Assembly (NCBI GenBank): GCA_963692915.1
Contig: OY843584.1
Span: 480,001 to 544,000, forward strand
Length of the DNA stretch: 64,000 nucleotides
DNA from: Cenarchaeum sp.
GTDB taxonomy: Archaea; Thermoproteota; Nitrososphaeria; Nitrososphaerales; Nitrosopumilaceae
Reading direction: 5' to 3'
The position numbers and the translations under genes are program-made. The notes below the pieces were generated by a model that saw nothing but the letters and a program-made list of their open reading frames with translations, had not been told where the DNA came from and made no database searches. Positions 20,692 through 29,735 of the stretch are shown one piece after another (positions within the stretch are counted from its first letter, which is position 1; each line of letters opens with the position of its first letter).

Positions 20692-20996
20692 AGGACTATG
20701 ATCACATAGTCGTTTGGCTGGACTATTTCAACAAGACCATAACGAGGGCAAAGGGCCGGCGCCTTGGCCGCGAGAGCTGTGTCTTTGACCCGTCGCTCGC
20801 CGAGCTCGAGGGAGCCGCCAAGGCTGCGGGCCTTGAGGTCTCGGCATCCGAGTCCTCGGTGAGGTACCCGCGGCGCCAGTATGTTCGCTCGGGCTATATC
20901 ACGGTGCCAAAGTCGGCCTCAAAGTCATCCCTCCTTGCGACCATCGCCTCGCGCCTGGTCGAGGCGCGAGCTAGGCGCAAAAAAGATCGCTCCTAG
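20688..20996 (+). CDS. srp19: Signal recognition particle protein SRP19
   Basis: VVWLDYF....R.KGRR, P...EL..AA...GL, YPR, G...V.K. Follows rps8e. Confidence 0.9.
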   Translation: MKDYDHIVVWLDYFNKTITRAKGRRLGRESCVFDPSLAELEGAAKAAGLEVSASESSVRYPRRQYVRSGYITVPKSASKSSLLATIASRLVEARARRKKDRS

Positions 20997-21058
20997 CTCT
21001 AAGATCAAGTATTTTTGACCGGACCCTTATGATATAGGGTGTATTGACCCCCCGTCAC

Positions 21059-22315
21059 TTGCAGGAGGTAGGACACGTTACACATGTCGCAAAAAGCGGA
21101 AGGGTCATCGTTGAGCTGGCAGCCTCGGTCAGGGACGGGACGGTTCTGTGCGACAGCCTGGGGACTCGCCTCGCGCGCGTGATGGAGACGATAGGCCCGG
21201 TCTCGCGTCCATTCGCCTCGGCTAGCCCGATAACCAACAACATGTCGCCGCATGTCGGCAAGGGGATATTTGCGATTGACGAGGAGCGCGCCGCAACACG
21301 GTACGAGAGCCGCACGCAGACAAATGATGCCGATGACAATGGTGGCGAGCCCCAGACAGAACGTTCCGAGCACACCTCGAGCACGTCACGCGAGGAGCGC
21401 ACACCTGCACGGCGTGAAGGTGGCGGATCGCGCTCGCGTGGCCAGGGCAGGTACTCTGAGCGTAGGGGACCGGCACGGCGCGACTCTTCCTCAAAGTCTG
21501 GACGCAGCGACGGCCGGCGCACTCCACGGCGCGACGGCGGTTCAGGCTCGCGTGGCCAGGGCAGGTACTCTGGGCGCGGCGGTCCGGCGCGGCGCGACTC
21601 CTACTCAAAGTCCGGCAGCGACGGCGGTTCAGGCTCGCGTGGCCAGGGCAGGTACTCTGGGCGCGGCGGTCCGGCGCGGCGCGACTCCTACTCAAAGTCC
21701 GGCAGCGACGGCGGTTCAGGCTCGCGTGGCCAGGGCAGGTACTCTGGGCGCGGCGGTCCGGCGCGGCGCGACTCCTACTCAAAGTCCGGCAGCGACGGCG
21801 GTTCAGGCTCGCGTGGCCAGGGCAGGTACTCTGGGCGCGGCGGTCCGGCGCGGCGCGACTCCTACTCAAAGTCCGGCAGCGACGGCGGCCAGGGCAGGTA
21901 CTCTGATCGCAGGGGTCCGGCGCGGCGCGACTCCTACTCAAAGTCCGGCAGCGACGGCGGTTCGGGCTCGCGTGGCCAGGGCAGGTACTCTGATCGCAGG
22001 GGTCCGGCGCGGCGCGACTCCTACTCAAAGTCCGGCAGCGACGGCGGTTCGGGCTCGCGTGGCCAGGGCAGGTACTCTGATCGCAGGGGTCCGGCGCGGC
22101 GTGACAGCTATTCGTCATCATCTCGCACGGGACCTCGCGGTGACGGCAGGCGCGCACCACCACGGCGCGGTCCGGCTCGACGTGACACAGGTGCGAGGAC
22201 GGCGCGCGAGGAGGGCAGTCGTGGTGCACCGCGCAACAATGTCACTTTTAGATCACGTGGATTGGACAGCAGGGGCACCGGCCGCCGCGACAGGAGCGGG
22301 AGGCGACGCGAATGA
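21059..22315 (+). CDS. gar1: H/ACA RNP protein Gar1 (N-terminal ~75 aa) with long RG/RGG/SY-rich repeat tail
   Basis: N-terminal LQEVGHVTHVAKSGRVIVEL...LARVMETIGPVSRPFAS is Gar1/Naf1-like. TTG start after TATA-like TTATGATATA. Stop overlaps the tfb ATG (ATGA). Confidence 0.8.
   Translation: MQEVGHVTHVAKSGRVIVELAASVRDGTVLCDSLGTRLARVMETIGPVSRPFASASPITNNMSPHVGKGIFAIDEERAATRYESRTQTNDADDNGGEPQTERSEHTSSTSREERTPARREGGGSRSRGQGRYSERRGPARRDSSSKSGRSDGRRTPRRDGGSGSRGQGRYSGRGGPARRDSYSKSGSDGGSGSRGQGRYSGRGGPARRDSYSKSGSDGGSGSRGQGRYSGRGGPARRDSYSKSGSDGGSGSRGQGRYSGRGGPARRDSYSKSGSDGGQGRYSDRRGPARRDSYSKSGSDGGSGSRGQGRYSDRRGPARRDSYSKSGSDGGSGSRGQGRYSDRRGPARRDSYSSSSRTGPRGDGRRAPPRRGPARRDTGARTAREEGSRGAPRNNVTFRSRGLDSRGTGRRDRSGRRRE
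21418..22112 (+). repeat. Intragenic tandem repeat, 87-bp (29-aa) unit, about 8 copies
   Basis: Units start at 21533, 21620, 21707, 21794 (DGGSGSRGQGRYSGRGGPARRDSYSKSGS), 21881 (72-bp shortened unit), 21953 and 22040 (YSDRRG variant), plus a degenerate copy at about 21418. Confidence 0.95.
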
Positions 22316-23256
22316 GCCGACTCGAGATTCCGACATGCGCCGAGTGCAGCAGCACGTCACTCATTGACGACCTCGAGCGCGGCGAGACGGTCTGCCAGTC
22401 ATGTGGGATTGTCGCAGCAGACCAGATGGTTGACCATGGTCCAGAAACCGCACGTACGGGATATGAGGACAAGATGAACCTCGCGCGCGCGTCAGGAACG
22501 ATGACATACTCGCAGCATGACCTTGGGTTGTCCACGACCATAGCGACCACGTCGAGGGACTTTAGCGGCAAGTCGATAGGCTCTGACACGGCCTCGACGA
22601 TGAGGCGCCTTGACAAGTGGCAGTCGCGCGTGCGCGTGACGAGCAACACCGAGAGGCGCCTGGTCGGCATGCTCTCAAAGCTCGGCGACGTGTGCCGTAG
22701 CATGGACCTGCCTAACAACGTCCTGGAGACGGCCTCGATGATATACCGTGACCTTGACGGCAAGGCAGTCAAGGGGCGCCACATCGACAGCATGGCCGTC
22801 GCAACAGTCTACATGGCATGCCAGCGGTGTGAGATCGTCAGGTCACTTGAGGACATCTGCCGCAGCTTTTGCGACCCGCGCGAGATCCGCTCAAAGACAA
22901 AGCTCGCCGCAAAGTACTATCGTGACATGCGCCTCAGCATGGAGACGACACCGACCATATCAGTCACGATGGATCGGCGAATATCGCAGATAGCCAACAT
23001 CACGAGGACAGACCCGCGCGTTGAGCGCCTCGCGCTCAAGATAGCAGACAAGACGAGCAATGGCGGGTTTGCCGGCGGCAAGACGCCGCAGGGAATAGCT
23101 GCGGCGTACCTTTATGTCGCCTCGATCCTGCGGGGCCAGAGTGTCCTGCAGCGTGACATCTCGTCTGTCGCACAGGTCACAGAAGTGACGATTCGCAGCC
23201 GCTGCAAGGATCTCCTGGCAAGCTATCGTCTCGTCGTAAGGCTTTCGCCTGCATGA
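22312..23256 (+). CDS. tfb: Transcription initiation factor IIB (TFB), full length
   Basis: Zn ribbon CAEC...CQSCG, DHGPE, two cyclin repeats, HTH QVTEVTIR. Confidence 0.92.
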   Translation: MSRLEIPTCAECSSTSLIDDLERGETVCQSCGIVAADQMVDHGPETARTGYEDKMNLARASGTMTYSQHDLGLSTTIATTSRDFSGKSIGSDTASTMRRLDKWQSRVRVTSNTERRLVGMLSKLGDVCRSMDLPNNVLETASMIYRDLDGKAVKGRHIDSMAVATVYMACQRCEIVRSLEDICRSFCDPREIRSKTKLAAKYYRDMRLSMETTPTISVTMDRRISQIANITRTDPRVERLALKIADKTSNGGFAGGKTPQGIAAAYLYVASILRGQSVLQRDISSVAQVTEVTIRSRCKDLLASYRLVVRLSPA

Positions 23257-23260
23257 CGCG

Positions 23261-23274
23261 TTAGGGTTAGCTAA
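23261..23274. promoter_or_regulatory. Putative DtxR/SirR/MntR-type operator upstream of sufC
   Basis: TTAG-ggttag-CTAA dyad about 14 bp upstream of TATA-like CTATATAA (23288-23295). Confidence 0.4.
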
Positions 23275-23318
23275 GATACGCCAATGCTATATAACTCGGG
23301 AAGGGAGCCTCATGCCAG

Positions 23319-24089
23319 TTGGCACGCCTAGAGATACGAGACCTGCACGTAAAGCGCGAAGGCAAGGAGATCCTAAAGGGGGTAAACCTCACGACCGGTC
23401 CGGGTGAGGTTCATGCGATAATGGGGCCCAACGGCTCTGGCAAGTCCACCCTTGCCTACACGCTGCTCGCGCACCCAAAGTACGAGGTCGTCTCCGGTGA
23501 CATACTCCTTGACGGCGAGAGCATCATGGGCATGTCTGCTGATGAGCGCTCAAGAAAGGGCCTCTTTTTGGGGTTCCAGTACCCCGTCGAGGTATCTGGC
23601 GTCGGCTATTCGCACTTTTTGCGCACGTCATACAACTCGCTCAGCAAGGCTATACAGGGCGATGAGCGCGAGGTCTTTATCACGGTTCGCGAGTTCCAAA
23701 AGTACCTAAAGGAGAACCTTGCGCGCGTTGGGCTAAAGGACGAGTTTTTGAGCCGCTACCTCAACGAGGGATTTTCGGGAGGCGAGAAAAAGCGCTCCGA
23801 GGTCCTGCAGATGGCAGTCCTCAAGCCAAAGGTGTCGATACTCGACGAGCCAGACTCGGGACTCGACATTGACGCAGTTCAGGCAGTCGCCAAGGCGATA
23901 AGCGAAGTGTCAGGCAAGGACTCGACGGTCATCGTCATAACGCACTATGCGCGAATACTAAAGTTCCTCAACAAGCTCGATCACGTCCACGTCTTCGCCG
24001 AGGGCCGCGTGATCAAGAGCGGCGACGCATCCCTTGCAGACGAGCTAGAGTCAAAGGGGTACGAGTGGGCAATAACGTCGGCGCCATAG
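23319..24089 (+). CDS. sufC: Fe-S cluster assembly ATPase SufC
   Basis: HAIMGPNGSGKSTL, FQYPVE, NEGFSGGEKKR, LDEPDSGLDIDA, ITHY, GYEW. Confidence 0.95.
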   Translation: MARLEIRDLHVKREGKEILKGVNLTTGPGEVHAIMGPNGSGKSTLAYTLLAHPKYEVVSGDILLDGESIMGMSADERSRKGLFLGFQYPVEVSGVGYSHFLRTSYNSLSKAIQGDEREVFITVREFQKYLKENLARVGLKDEFLSRYLNEGFSGGEKKRSEVLQMAVLKPKVSILDEPDSGLDIDAVQAVAKAISEVSGKDSTVIVITHYARILKFLNKLDHVHVFAEGRVIKSGDASLADELESKGYEWAITSAP

Positions 24090-24381
24090 GCAATACTGCA
24101 CTATCCCTGCCCCTTGGGCACACTCGCTCATCCCGCTATTGCGCCTTGGCTCCTGGCTGCAGGGCCTTGTTCCTACGGACTTTGGGTCGGCTCTACGCCA
24201 GTTGGAACATTTGAGCCTGTGCGTGCCGTGCCACCGGCCTGCCAACACCGAACATGGACACGCTGCCCCGGCCATGCGTGAGCATACCGGCCGCATGACT
24301 GCAAGACGCCACGTGCGCGCCCGTGCAGGCGTGGTGGATCACCGAGCTTAAAATATCCCGTCACTTGCCGCCTCGCTGTCA

Positions 24382-25086
24382 ATGGACGATTCTGGCACGC
24401 AGGGTGGGGCAGAGGCAGCACCAACATGGTTTTACACGCATGCGTTCTTCAAGGTGGACCCAAAGTGGCGCTGGATGGCCGACCTTGCAAAGTCCGAGTC
24501 CGCAAAGGAGGTCGAGGCGACGATGGCCTCATCAGGCGTGCGCTTTAGGACATACTCGACGCTGGGCCTGCGCGATGACTCTGACATCCTGTTCTGGTTT
24601 GTCTCCGAGTCAGTCGAGCAGATGCAGGAGGCGATATCGCGGCTGTACCTGACGGTGTTTGGCAAGTATATCGCACCATCGCGCTCGTACCTGTCATGCT
24701 CGCGCCCCTCGACGTACTCGGGGGGCTCTGGCAAGAGCACGACGTCATTTGCGGACAGCTCCGAGGCGCGCCGCTATGCCATAGTCTACCCGTTCACAAA
24801 GACGCGCGAGTGGTATCTCCTGCCGATGGCGCGCCGGCGCGAGATGATGGCCGAGCACATACGCGTGAGCCAACAGTATCCTGACATACTCCTCAACACG
24901 ACATACTCGTTTGGCATACACGACCAGGACTTTATGCTCGCCTTTGAGACTGACAGCCTAGTGGACTTTCAGAGCCTAATCGTGGACCTGCGCGCCACTG
25001 CCGTCTCGGCCTATGTAAAGTCTGACACGCCGATGATCGTCTGCGTAAAGAAGGACATTGTTCCGCTTGTAGAGAGCCTGGGCTGA
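24382..25086 (+). CDS. Chlorite dismutase/coproheme decarboxylase-like heme-binding protein
   Basis: YS..GLR.D.D, YPF.KTREWYLLP...R..MM.EH, YSFGI.DQDF..AFE. Confidence 0.85.
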   Translation: MDDSGTQGGAEAAPTWFYTHAFFKVDPKWRWMADLAKSESAKEVEATMASSGVRFRTYSTLGLRDDSDILFWFVSESVEQMQEAISRLYLTVFGKYIAPSRSYLSCSRPSTYSGGSGKSTTSFADSSEARRYAIVYPFTKTREWYLLPMARRREMMAEHIRVSQQYPDILLNTTYSFGIHDQDFMLAFETDSLVDFQSLIVDLRATAVSAYVKSDTPMIVCVKKDIVPLVESLG

Positions 25087-25628
25087 TGCGCGCGCTAAAG
25101 GAGTGGTCATCGGTGGTTCGCGCGCTAGAGGACGGCGCGCAGAGCGTCATACTGCGCAAGGGCGGCATTCACGATGATGCCGGAGGCATCACGTTTGGCA
25201 GCGGCGCATTTGCGCTGTTTCCGACACACGAGCACCAGGACGCCTCGGCCATAAAGCCAGAGTTTCGGCACTATCTTGAGGAAGGCGTGCCGCACGGCGA
25301 CTCGTTCAACACGGTTCGCTCGTATGCCACAGTCATCGCAACATCCGAGGTCTGGCCTGGCCCTGCACTCGATGCGCTCTCGCCGATGCACATATGGAGC
25401 GATGACTATGTCTCAAAGCGTGCGGCGTGGAAGCCCGAGAGGCCAATATGGGCAGCGCTATTGCGCGCTCACAAGGCCGCCGAGTCGCGAGTCCAGACGG
25501 GATCCGAGCATGCCGGATGCAAGTCGTGGATCGACGTTGGGTGCGAGCTCGGCGGGGGCGAGCCGGCACTTGGGGACAGTGAGGCAGCCTCTGCGCAAGA
25601 GGCATTCAAGGTGGCACTCAAGCAATGA
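25086..25628 (+). CDS. DUF1802-family protein
   Basis: ALKEW..V..AL..G.Q..ILRKGGI, F.LFPT.EHQ, GCKSW. Confidence 0.85.
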   Translation: MRALKEWSSVVRALEDGAQSVILRKGGIHDDAGGITFGSGAFALFPTHEHQDASAIKPEFRHYLEEGVPHGDSFNTVRSYATVIATSEVWPGPALDALSPMHIWSDDYVSKRAAWKPERPIWAALLRAHKAAESRVQTGSEHAGCKSWIDVGCELGGGEPALGDSEAASAQEAFKVALKQ

Positions 25629-26614
25629 AGTACAGGAGGCTTGGGCGCAGCGGCATCCGCGTCTCGGAGATCGGGTTTGGCGCATGGGCCATAGCCATGG
25701 ACTGGTGGGGCAAAAAGATCGAGGAGGACGAGGCGATTCGCATGATAAAGAGGGCCTATGACCTCGGGATTAACCTCTTTGAGACTGCTGACATGTATGG
25801 CCGCGGCAAGAGCGAGCGCCTCCTTGGCCGCGCACTAGATGGCGTGCGCGAGGAGGTCGTCATATCGACAAAGTATGGCTATGACTTTGCCAACGCCGAG
25901 CAGATCGGCCACTCGGAGCTCCCGCAGTCCTTCTCTGAAGACTTTACGCGTGCTGCGCTGCGCGCAAGCCTTGAGCGACTAAAGACGGACCACGTCGACG
26001 TGTATGGCCTGCACAACCCAAAGATAGGGCATATCAGGGACGACTCGATATTCGCGACGCTCTCGTCGTTAATTTCCGAGGGCAGCACTCGCGCGTGCCA
26101 GGTCGCACTCGGACCGGCTATAGGCTGGACGCGCGAGGGCCTTGAGGCGATGGACAGACCCGAGGTCTCGGCGGTCCAGACAGTCTATAACATACTAGAG
26201 CAGACACCGGGCAATGAGCTTGTGACGCGCGCATCAGACGCGGACGTCGGCATTCTCGTCAGGGTTCCGGACGCCTCGGGCATACTGACGGGCAAGGTGG
26301 GCGCAGACACAAAGATAGACGAAAAGGACCACCGCTCTGTCAGAAAGGGAGAGTGGATACGCGCATCGCTTGCAAAGGTCGAGGAGATTCGCCCGATAGC
26401 CGAGTCCAATGGCCTCAGAATTGACGAGCTCGCCATAAAGTTCCTCCTCTCGCGCGACGCAGTCTCCTCTGTCCTGCCGACCGTGGTGAGCGAGGCGGAG
26501 ATCGAGTCGTTTGCGGCAATGTCTGACGGGCAAAGCCTTGGAGGGTCTGACATGGACGAGATTGCGCGCCTCTACTCGTCATGGCCGGCGTATGACCTAA
26601 AGGCATCCGCATAG
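25625..26614 (+). CDS. Aldo/keto reductase
   Basis: LGRSGIRVSEIGFGAW, FETADMYG.G.SE, STKYG, SLERLKTD.VD.Y.LHNP. Confidence 0.92.
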   Translation: MKYRRLGRSGIRVSEIGFGAWAIAMDWWGKKIEEDEAIRMIKRAYDLGINLFETADMYGRGKSERLLGRALDGVREEVVISTKYGYDFANAEQIGHSELPQSFSEDFTRAALRASLERLKTDHVDVYGLHNPKIGHIRDDSIFATLSSLISEGSTRACQVALGPAIGWTREGLEAMDRPEVSAVQTVYNILEQTPGNELVTRASDADVGILVRVPDASGILTGKVGADTKIDEKDHRSVRKGEWIRASLAKVEEIRPIAESNGLRIDELAIKFLLSRDAVSSVLPTVVSEAEIESFAAMSDGQSLGGSDMDEIARLYSSWPAYDLKASA

Positions 26615-26662
26615 GGGCACAACTGTGGCTCAAAATCAAACGAGATGGTCTGTTGGGCTGTC

Positions 26663-26971
26663 CTACCCGAACAGTGACGAGAGGCCCTCGATGGCCTGCT
26701 CCTCGGACTTTGCGTCCTTTTTGGCCTCGGCCTTGGCATCATCGCCCTTTGCGGCCGGTGCTGCCTCGGCTGCCGGCGCGGCGGCCACTGCTGCCACGGG
26801 GGCGGCCTTTACGGCCTCGTCGATGTTGACATCGGCCAGGGCAGCCACTAGTGACTTTACCTGAGCCTCGTTAACCTCGGCACCTGACGCCTTTATGACG
26901 CTAGAGACGCTCTCCTCGCTGACCTCCTTCTTTAGCTTGTGAAGTAGGAGCGCGGCATAGACGTATTCCAT
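26663..26971 (-). CDS. rpl12: 50S ribosomal stalk protein P1/L12
   Basis: MEYVYAALLLH, Ala-rich hinge, C-terminal EGLSSLFG. Confidence 0.95.
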   Translation of the reverse strand: MEYVYAALLLHKLKKEVSEESVSSVIKASGAEVNEAQVKSLVAALADVNIDEAVKAAPVAAVAAAPAAEAAPAAKGDDAKAEAKKDAKSEEQAIEGLSSLFG

Positions 26972-26993
26972 TTTCAACGCGACGCCTGAACGG

Positions 26994-27005
26994 CTTTATA
27001 TAAAA
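26994..27005 (-). promoter_or_regulatory. TATA box of rpl12
   Basis: TTTTATATAAAG on the minus strand about 25 bp upstream of the ATG. Confidence 0.7.
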
Positions 27006-27026
27006 CTATGGCGTTATGGGCAGTAT

Positions 27027-28118
27027 TGCCTTGTACGAAAAGTAGTAGACTGGGCAGGAATGCTTGCCGGGCGCAGATCCGGGAGCCCCGGGGGCGCCCC
27101 GGGATCCGGCAGGCTGCCGAAACATACGTTTGGGGGGCTCCGCCGCCGGCGCGCCATGCCGGTCAGGAGGCTTGACGACAGGGCGCTCCGGTACGTGGCC
27201 AGGACGCTGGCGACGCGGAGCGCCGAGGAGGTGGCGCGCGAGCTGGGGATCTCCAGGGCGTGGTCGTACAGGCTTCGCGCGCACTGCCGGCGCACCGGCG
27301 CGCCGCCGGAGCCGCGGCCGATGGGAAGGCCGCGCAGGGACGTCACCGACGGCGAGGTGGCCGAGGTCCTCGGCGAGCACGCCGACCGGCCGGCCGGCGT
27401 CGTGCGCGTGGCCGAGGGGCTGCGCGGCAACAACTCAAAAATAACGTACTGGTCGGTGTACCGCATCATGCTGGCGGAGGGGCTCGTCACGAGGTCGCGG
27501 GCGAAGTCGCGCAGGCGAAAGTGGGTCAGGTTCGAGCGCGCGCACTCCGGCGCGCTGTGGCACGTGGACTGGCACATAATGAAATACGGGCCACTTGCGG
27601 GCTCGCACCTCATAGTGTTCCTCGACGACGCGTCGCGGTGCGTCACGGGCTTTGGCGTGTTCGCCGAGGCCACGTCGGAAAACTCCGTGCTTGCGCTGCG
27701 AAAGGCGATCAGGATGTTTGGCGCGCCGGCGCAGATCCTCTCGGACCACGGCACGCAGTTCACGGCAAGCCGGCGCGGCACGCCGAGCCGCAGCTGGACG
27801 CCGACGCTCTTCGAGCGGGAGCTGCTGGACCGCGACATAGCGCACCTCATGGCGCGCGTCCGCCACCCCCAGACCAACGGCAAGGTCGAGAGGTTCTTCC
27901 AGACGCTCGAGACGGAGATCGGCCACTTTGGCGGGGTCCCCGAGTTCATCGCGTACTACAACGAGAGGCGCCTCCACTTCGCCCTGGACATCAAGGGCGG
28001 CGAGACGCCCCTGCTGGCCTACAGGAGGCGCAGGGCCGACGGGCGGGTCCGGGCGGAGAACCCGAGGTGGATGGAGGTGGACTCGAATGAGTGAGTCTAC
28101 TACTTTTCGTATAAAACA
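27027..28118 (+). mobile_element. IS481-family insertion sequence (1092 bp) with 15-bp target duplication
   Basis: TIRs tgccttgtacgaaaagtagtagact and agtctactacttttcgtataaaaca. Direct repeat cgttatgggcagtat at 27012-27026 and 28119-28133. Confidence 0.92.
27156..28094 (+). CDS. IS481-family DDE transposase (integrase core)
   Basis: HTH (EEVARELGISRAW), LWHVD, LDDASR, ILSDHGTQF, HPQTNGKVERF, YYN.RR.H.AL. Confidence 0.92.
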   Translation: MPVRRLDDRALRYVARTLATRSAEEVARELGISRAWSYRLRAHCRRTGAPPEPRPMGRPRRDVTDGEVAEVLGEHADRPAGVVRVAEGLRGNNSKITYWSVYRIMLAEGLVTRSRAKSRRRKWVRFERAHSGALWHVDWHIMKYGPLAGSHLIVFLDDASRCVTGFGVFAEATSENSVLALRKAIRMFGAPAQILSDHGTQFTASRRGTPSRSWTPTLFERELLDRDIAHLMARVRHPQTNGKVERFFQTLETEIGHFGGVPEFIAYYNERRLHFALDIKGGETPLLAYRRRRADGRVRAENPRWMEVDSNE

Positions 28119-28129
28119 CGTTATGGGCA

Positions 28130-29673
28130 GTATGAGGTCAGCACCCCCGCCCCTTTTGGTCAAATAGGCGCGATCCTGCCGATCCATTTACCGCGGCGGC
28201 GCACGCCGGGGCGTGAAGGGAAAACGGCGCGAGCGTGGAGAGCCAGACCGCACGGAGCCAGACCACGCGTGGGCGCAGCTCCTGGGCATGTTCAATGCCG
28301 CCGAGGAGCGGGCCAGGGCGCGGGACAGGCAGATCAGCGAGCTGCAGGAGAGCGTTGCCGAGCTGAAGGACAATATCAGTGCGCGGGACGAGAGGATCGC
28401 CATGCTGGAGGCGGAGGCCAAGACCATGAGGCGCACGCTGTCGTACTACCAGAACCCCAACACGCCGCCGTCGTCGGCATCGCTGGAGCACAAGAGGCGC
28501 AAGAGGGAGGTTCGGCGGGCCAGGGAACGCGGCGAGCTCCCGCCGCACGGGACGCCCGGCGGGAGGCCGGGCCACCGCGGCACGTCGCGCCGGCACGAGC
28601 CGACGGGGACCGAGCGGCACAGCGTTGACCGTGGGCCTTGCGAGTGCGGCGGCCGCATGGAGGTCACGACGAGTACACGCGACATCATCGACATCCCGCC
28701 CCCGCGGCCGGTCGAGACGCGGCACCACGTGGAGTCCGCCACGTGCCTGGACTGCGGCCACGTGCGCCGCGCGGACAGCGGCCTGCCGGCGCACGGATCC
28801 TACGGCAGGAGGATCATCGCCGCCGTGGCGTCGTACCTGTCGTCGCGGATCCCTGCGGCGGCGATCGCCGCCAAGATGCTGGACGTGCACGGGATCTCGA
28901 TGTCAAAGGCCACGGTGCTGCGCATACGGGACGACGTGGCCGACGCGCTGGCCCCTGAGGCCAGGGGCATAATGGGGATGATCAGGGAGGCGCCACACGT
29001 GCACGTGGACGAGACGGGGTTCCCGAGCTCCGGCGAGGGCCACTGGGTGTGGCTGGCGGAGCACGAGAACCTGGTCGGCGTGGAGTTCAGCAAGAGCAGG
29101 GGCGCGCAGGTGCTCGACGTGATACTTCCGGGGTACGGCGGCGTGGTGATAAGCGACGGGTATGCCGCGTACAGCAGGTTCGACGCCGGCGGGATGCACC
29201 AGCAGTGCTGGGCCCACGAGCTGCGCGCCGTGGAGCACGCCGCCAGGATCCACGGCGGGGGGCTGCCAGGGCTGCACGCCGACCTCCTCGCGCTGTACCG
29301 CGCCGCCAGGGACACCGCCGTCGCGCAGTGCCCTGAGCTGCGGCGCGCGATGGACGACGCCCTGGCGTCGCTGCTGGACCGGCACGACGACGGCGGGGGC
29401 GGGGAGCTGGCGCGCGCCGTGGCCAGGCTCCGCCGCGCCGCGCCGCGGATGTTCGCGTTCTGCGAGCACGCCGGCGTCGCCCCCACGAACAACGCCGCCG
29501 AGAGGGCGCTGCGCGACGTGGTCGTGCGGCGCAAGATAAGCGGCCAGCTCAAGGGGGGCGCGCCGGCGGCCAGGCGCATGTCGACCCTCCTGACATGCTT
29601 CCTGACGTGGAGGGCCATGGGGAAGGGCGTGACCGAGGAGGTCATGCGTGCGGTCTAGGTGCTGACCTCATAC
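28130..29673 (+). mobile_element. IS66-family element, single-ORF (ISBst12-like), 1544 bp
   Basis: Perfect 16-bp TIRs gtatgaggtcagcacc and ggtgctgacctcatac. 8-bp target duplication tatgggca at 28122-28129 and 29674-29681. Confidence 0.92.
28213..29658 (+). CDS. IS66-family transposase (TnpC-like)
   Basis: Coiled coil, NTPPSS, PGGRPGH.G, Zn finger CECG...CLDCG, HVDETG, SDGYAAY, QQCWAH, TNNAAERALR..V..RKISG. Confidence 0.92.
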   Translation: MKGKRRERGEPDRTEPDHAWAQLLGMFNAAEERARARDRQISELQESVAELKDNISARDERIAMLEAEAKTMRRTLSYYQNPNTPPSSASLEHKRRKREVRRARERGELPPHGTPGGRPGHRGTSRRHEPTGTERHSVDRGPCECGGRMEVTTSTRDIIDIPPPRPVETRHHVESATCLDCGHVRRADSGLPAHGSYGRRIIAAVASYLSSRIPAAAIAAKMLDVHGISMSKATVLRIRDDVADALAPEARGIMGMIREAPHVHVDETGFPSSGEGHWVWLAEHENLVGVEFSKSRGAQVLDVILPGYGGVVISDGYAAYSRFDAGGMHQQCWAHELRAVEHAARIHGGGLPGLHADLLALYRAARDTAVAQCPELRRAMDDALASLLDRHDDGGGGELARAVARLRRAAPRMFAFCEHAGVAPTNNAAERALRDVVVRRKISGQLKGGAPAARRMSTLLTCFLTWRAMGKGVTEEVMRAV

Positions 29674-29686
29674 TATGGGCAGGCCG

Positions 29687-29735
29687 TGCCTTGTACGACA
29701 AGTAGTGGACTGGGCGAGAACGCCTGCCTGGGGGA
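29687..29735 (+). mobile_element. Degenerate IS481 left end
   Basis: tgccttgtacgacaagtagtggactgggc matches the IS481 left TIR with few mismatches. Confidence 0.75.

Noticed and set aside
21418-22112. Repeat array as a CRISPR
   Set aside because: Units are contiguous with no unique spacers, lengths are multiples of 3 within an ORF, and there are no cas genes.
21222-22367. Alternative long ORFs over the repeat (21252..22367 +, 21222..22229 -)
   Set aside because: Open only because the GC-rich repeat lacks stops. The Gar1 frame has the recognisable domain and couples to tfb.
27014-29645. Multiple long antisense or alternate-frame ORFs within the IS elements
   Set aside because: Shadow ORFs of very GC-rich transposase genes with no motifs.
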